This document shows positions 60,698 to 63,415 of a stretch of DNA of 63,415 nt, one piece after another (position 1 is the stretch's first letter; each line of letters opens with the position of its first letter). The stretch lies in the IMG/VR virus record IMGVR_UViG_3300025085_000016, positions 1 to 63,415 of that record; one strand, given 5' to 3'. This DNA is from a virus. Its lineage: Duplodnaviria; Caudoviricetes. Below the pieces are notes generated by a model. That model had not been told where the DNA came from and did not search any database. It saw nothing but the letters and a program-made list of their open reading frames with translations. Made by a program: the position numbers and the translations under genes.

Positions 60698-62739
60698 TGC
60701 TGCTCCCCCTCAGGTTGTGGATATGCCTGTGGCGGCGCATTCATTTGCAGAAGCATCTGCTGCTCCGCATCACCAAGCAAGAAATTATCAATGTCAATGT
60801 CCATGGCCCTTCCCAAGGCCTTCATGTATGCGTTGTACGGCCTAGTAACGCCTGACATCATTGCCTGTTGGATTACCGGAAGTATGTACTGACCGACATC
60901 CGTGAGCTGAGCTATCTGCGTGTCCTTGTTTGGCTTTCTCGCTGTGCCGGCCTCTACTCGATAGCGGAAGTCTCGCGTGACTCTCGAAACTTCTCCAGTG
61001 AGGATCTGTTCTTCAAAGACCCTTGCTGCCGTTGACCCTATGACTGAAACAAGGTCTTCGTATTCAGCTATAAACCGCATGGCTTGGATCTCTCGCGTGG
61101 CGGAAAGACTGAGCCAGTCCTCCACTCTGCTTGCCATGTCATCCGGCCTTACGTTAATGCTCTGGTTTCTGTACTGAGCCTCAGCCGCGCTTCGCATCTG
61201 GCGAGAGGACTGGCCGTACATCAGCTCCGTCAGGCCGAGGCGCTTGTCGATCGAAGCGTTCACCTGGGCGACCATGTTCCAGATGTCCATGCTAAAGTCA
61301 GGCGCACGCAGGAAGCTAATCATGTCATTGATGTTCCTGCCGCTTATCCTTTCAAGCTCGATAACTGAAAACGGACCCTTTCCGCTCGTTAGCTGAGCGC
61401 GGATATTTTCCCCGGCTTCTTTCAGCATTCCGACATATATCTTTGAGCCTGAAGCAACCTTGTCGGCAATGAAACTCATGCACCAGTTGACGAATTTAAG
61501 CTCGCCTATACACGGCTTGACCATCGAGATCGGGTAGACCTCTCCCGGCTTCTGGTAAAAGCTAAGCCTACAAATCGGCCAGCCACCGTCTGACATATGG
61601 TCATCCCAGAACGGGACCTCCCAAGAGGCTTGCTCAAGGATCAGATCCATGTCTTGTGTTTCCAGCACTCCCGGTGCAAGGTTCAAAGGGTATGGACACT
61701 GCTCGCAGATGGCTAGGTAAACAAAGTCACCAAGGGCGTCGAGTCCTTTTACTCGCTTGTCCTTTTCTGCCATCTTGAGGTTCTGGCCTGCACCGTTCTT
61801 ACTGTAGACCTCCCAGTATTCCACAAGGTCGTGAGTTAGCCCTGCATAACTTCCGTCGCCATTCCTCTTTCGGCCTCGCGCATCATTTGATGCTGTCATC
61901 CGTGCATACTTCCCCTTTAGGCTTCCCTTTGGCAGACCAAACTTCTCTTCGACTTTATTGGCAGGCTCGCAGCTCCTTAGAGCTATCCAAGTCACATCTC
62001 TCCAATACTTGGCATCAGGGTCAACGAGAAGGTCTTTGTTGCTTCGGAACCTACTTCGAGCAAGTTTTGGCCCGCCAGCAGGGGGCTGCTCAACCTTGAC
62101 TTCAAGAAGGCCCATGCCTGTAATGATTGCCTCAGTGATTGCGAGTCTTGCCTCGTCCTGTTTGCTTCCCTCTTGCTGAATGTAGTTGCTGACAGCCTCA
62201 AGTATCCGGGCGTGATCTGAGTCAATGACAGAGGCTTTCTTCTCTGTGTCTACAGATTGCTGGTATTGCTGAATCAGATTTTGGTACATCTGAACGATCT
62301 GCGGATCTTGAGCTATACCCTGCTCTATCGCCGGACCCATGTTGAGGATTTGAAGCGCCTGAATATTCCCTGCGTAGAACGTCTCAATCGAGATGTCCGG
62401 GTTCGATCTAGGCGTGACCGCGATGATTGGGTTTTGGTGATATAGCACTGGCCCAAAGATGGCGACCGCTTCAAACAGCCTGTTTACAGACATCTCAAAC
62501 TGAGGCATCTGTACGTCTTTGGCTAAGAATCCATCATGTCCTCCGCCTTTCTGGGATGACCTTAACGACGACCACATGTGATTCAGTGGCCCATCGAAGA
62601 AGGCCATAGCTTCATCAGCGTACTGGTCAAACTTCTTTTTTCTGTCTTTTCTTGCGGCATCGAAGCACTTCTTCCAGCGATCTACGATTGGCTGCAAGGG
62701 GTAGCTTCTAGGCTTTGTCTGCTTCTCGTACTCGTCCAT
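60694..62739 (-). CDS. Portal protein (allele B)
   Basis: 681 aa, collinear homolog of 1570-3609. Confidence 0.75.
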   Translation of the reverse strand: MDEYEKQTKPRSYPLQPIVDRWKKCFDAARKDRKKKFDQYADEAMAFFDGPLNHMWSSLRSSQKGGGHDGFLAKDVQMPQFEMSVNRLFEAVAIFGPVLYHQNPIIAVTPRSNPDISIETFYAGNIQALQILNMGPAIEQGIAQDPQIVQMYQNLIQQYQQSVDTEKKASVIDSDHARILEAVSNYIQQEGSKQDEARLAITEAIITGMGLLEVKVEQPPAGGPKLARSRFRSNKDLLVDPDAKYWRDVTWIALRSCEPANKVEEKFGLPKGSLKGKYARMTASNDARGRKRNGDGSYAGLTHDLVEYWEVYSKNGAGQNLKMAEKDKRVKGLDALGDFVYLAICEQCPYPLNLAPGVLETQDMDLILEQASWEVPFWDDHMSDGGWPICRLSFYQKPGEVYPISMVKPCIGELKFVNWCMSFIADKVASGSKIYVGMLKEAGENIRAQLTSGKGPFSVIELERISGRNINDMISFLRAPDFSMDIWNMVAQVNASIDKRLGLTELMYGQSSRQMRSAAEAQYRNQSINVRPDDMASRVEDWLSLSATREIQAMRFIAEYEDLVSVIGSTAARVFEEQILTGEVSRVTRDFRYRVEAGTARKPNKDTQIAQLTDVGQYILPVIQQAMMSGVTRPYNAYMKALGRAMDIDIDNFLLGDAEQQMLLQMNAPPQAYPQPEGEQQ

Positions 62740-62747
62740 TGTGCTTC

Positions 62748-63149
62748 CTAGCCTTCGAGGTTATCGAGTCTATTTTCAATCGCCGAAAGACGCGCATCAT
62801 TTTGTAGCTTTTCTTTCGTAAAGTCCCAAACACCCCCGATGTCATTTTTCAGTTCAGGGTTAGCCGTCAGTCGTGGGTCATCCTTGTGGTAGCACTCGTC
62901 GTACCCTTGATTTCGATACGAGATGCCAATAGATGTCTTCCCCACAGTCGCGACAAACCCAATGTCAGCATTCTTTTCTGACACTGTGCATCTGTAGTAA
63001 AAGACAACTGGCTGCCCACGGCTTGGCATGGGCATAGACCACGCCTCAGGCTCAGTCGCCGGTTCATTCAGTACCGCTGGTACTTCCTTTGCTGGCCCTG
63101 GGGTTACGGGCTTTTGCGTTCTGGTGGAGGCGGTTCTTTTCTTAGCCAT
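62748..63149 (-). CDS. Hypothetical protein (allele B of 3612-3998)
   Basis: Distant homolog; lacks the 18-bp palindrome. Confidence 0.75.
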   Translation of the reverse strand: MAKKRTASTRTQKPVTPGPAKEVPAVLNEPATEPEAWSMPMPSRGQPVVFYYRCTVSEKNADIGFVATVGKTSIGISYRNQGYDECYHKDDPRLTANPELKNDIGGVWDFTKEKLQNDARLSAIENRLDNLEG

Positions 63150-63415
63150 TGTACGTTCCTTCTGGTCCTAGAATGATTGTTTGGGAAACCCCAAACGGGT
63201 TCTGGGCCTCTTGCCTTTGTTGCTTTCGTTTATGAAAAGCTCGCACGCGCCTCTGCCCGGCAGTTAGCTTTATTCTCTGGCCTTTCGGCTTGATGTATTT
63301 CTTTGTTGCGTCCTGTAGGTATGCAGCCAGATACTCCAGGCATTCAATGGCATGAGTGTTCGCTCTCCGGTTGCCTGTATCTGTAACCATTCCGTTGGCT
63401 CTCTTCTTGCGGAAC
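63142..63415 (-). CDS. terL: Terminase large subunit, 3' fragment (allele B, cut by window end)
   Basis: VTDTGNRRANTHAIECLEYLA...TIILGPEGTYNG matches the TerL C-terminus. Confidence 0.9.
   Translation of the reverse strand, partial: FRKKRANGMVTDTGNRRANTHAIECLEYLAAYLQDATKKYIKPKGQRIKLTAGQRRVRAFHKRKQQRQEAQNPFGVSQTIILGPEGTYNG

Larger units (their letters stand above)
59125..63415 (+). repeat. Diverged second copy (allele B) of 1-4264: membrane protein 5' part, small basic proteins, portal, TerL 3' end
   Basis: Same gene order at constant offset 59124 up to the portal; proteins clearly homologous but not identical (portal 679 vs 681 aa). Confidence 0.95.

Overview
The window is essentially one complete temperate tailed dsDNA phage genome of about 59.1 kb (unit 1-59124). 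The likely host is a Planctomycetota bacterium, which is an inference. It is followed by a second, diverged allele of its first ~4.3 kb. Bases 1-127 are exactly identical to 59125-59251 and the copies then diverge, which looks like a circular assembly running through both arms of a strain bubble. Layout: (-) head/packaging genes (portal, TerL, TerS, decoration, capsid, scaffold; 1-9283); a small (+) cassette (DUF1580-like HTH, metallophosphoesterase); (-) recombination/replication genes (Holliday resolvase, SSB-like, SF2 helicase, DUF3102-related protein, RecE-like nuclease, CsrA-like); a tyrosine integrase whose 3' end runs antisense through a complete tRNA-Ser(GGA), the probable attP; a control region (~18.66-19.2 kb); a (+) early region (19.2-32.3 kb) with a MoxR AAA+/VWA pair, an acidic repeat protein and a serine recombinase; and (-) virion genes, including a 3397-aa polyvalent protein, a tail-tube-like gene, a LamG lectin and a membrane-protein/papain-protease cassette with no recognisable endolysin. 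Most striking non-gene signals: (1) four exact, genome-dispersed copies of the 18-bp inverted repeat TGTCAACTTGAGTTGACA, three inside ORFs (read as STQVD), one of them inside a DUF3102-related DNA-binding gene, a candidate parS-like protein/site system; (2) anticodon-less tRNA-like RNA elements in intergenic spacers; (3) five ungapped copies of a 37-bp non-sigma70 promoter-like motif in the early region. All product calls come from motif recognition by eye. No database search was run.
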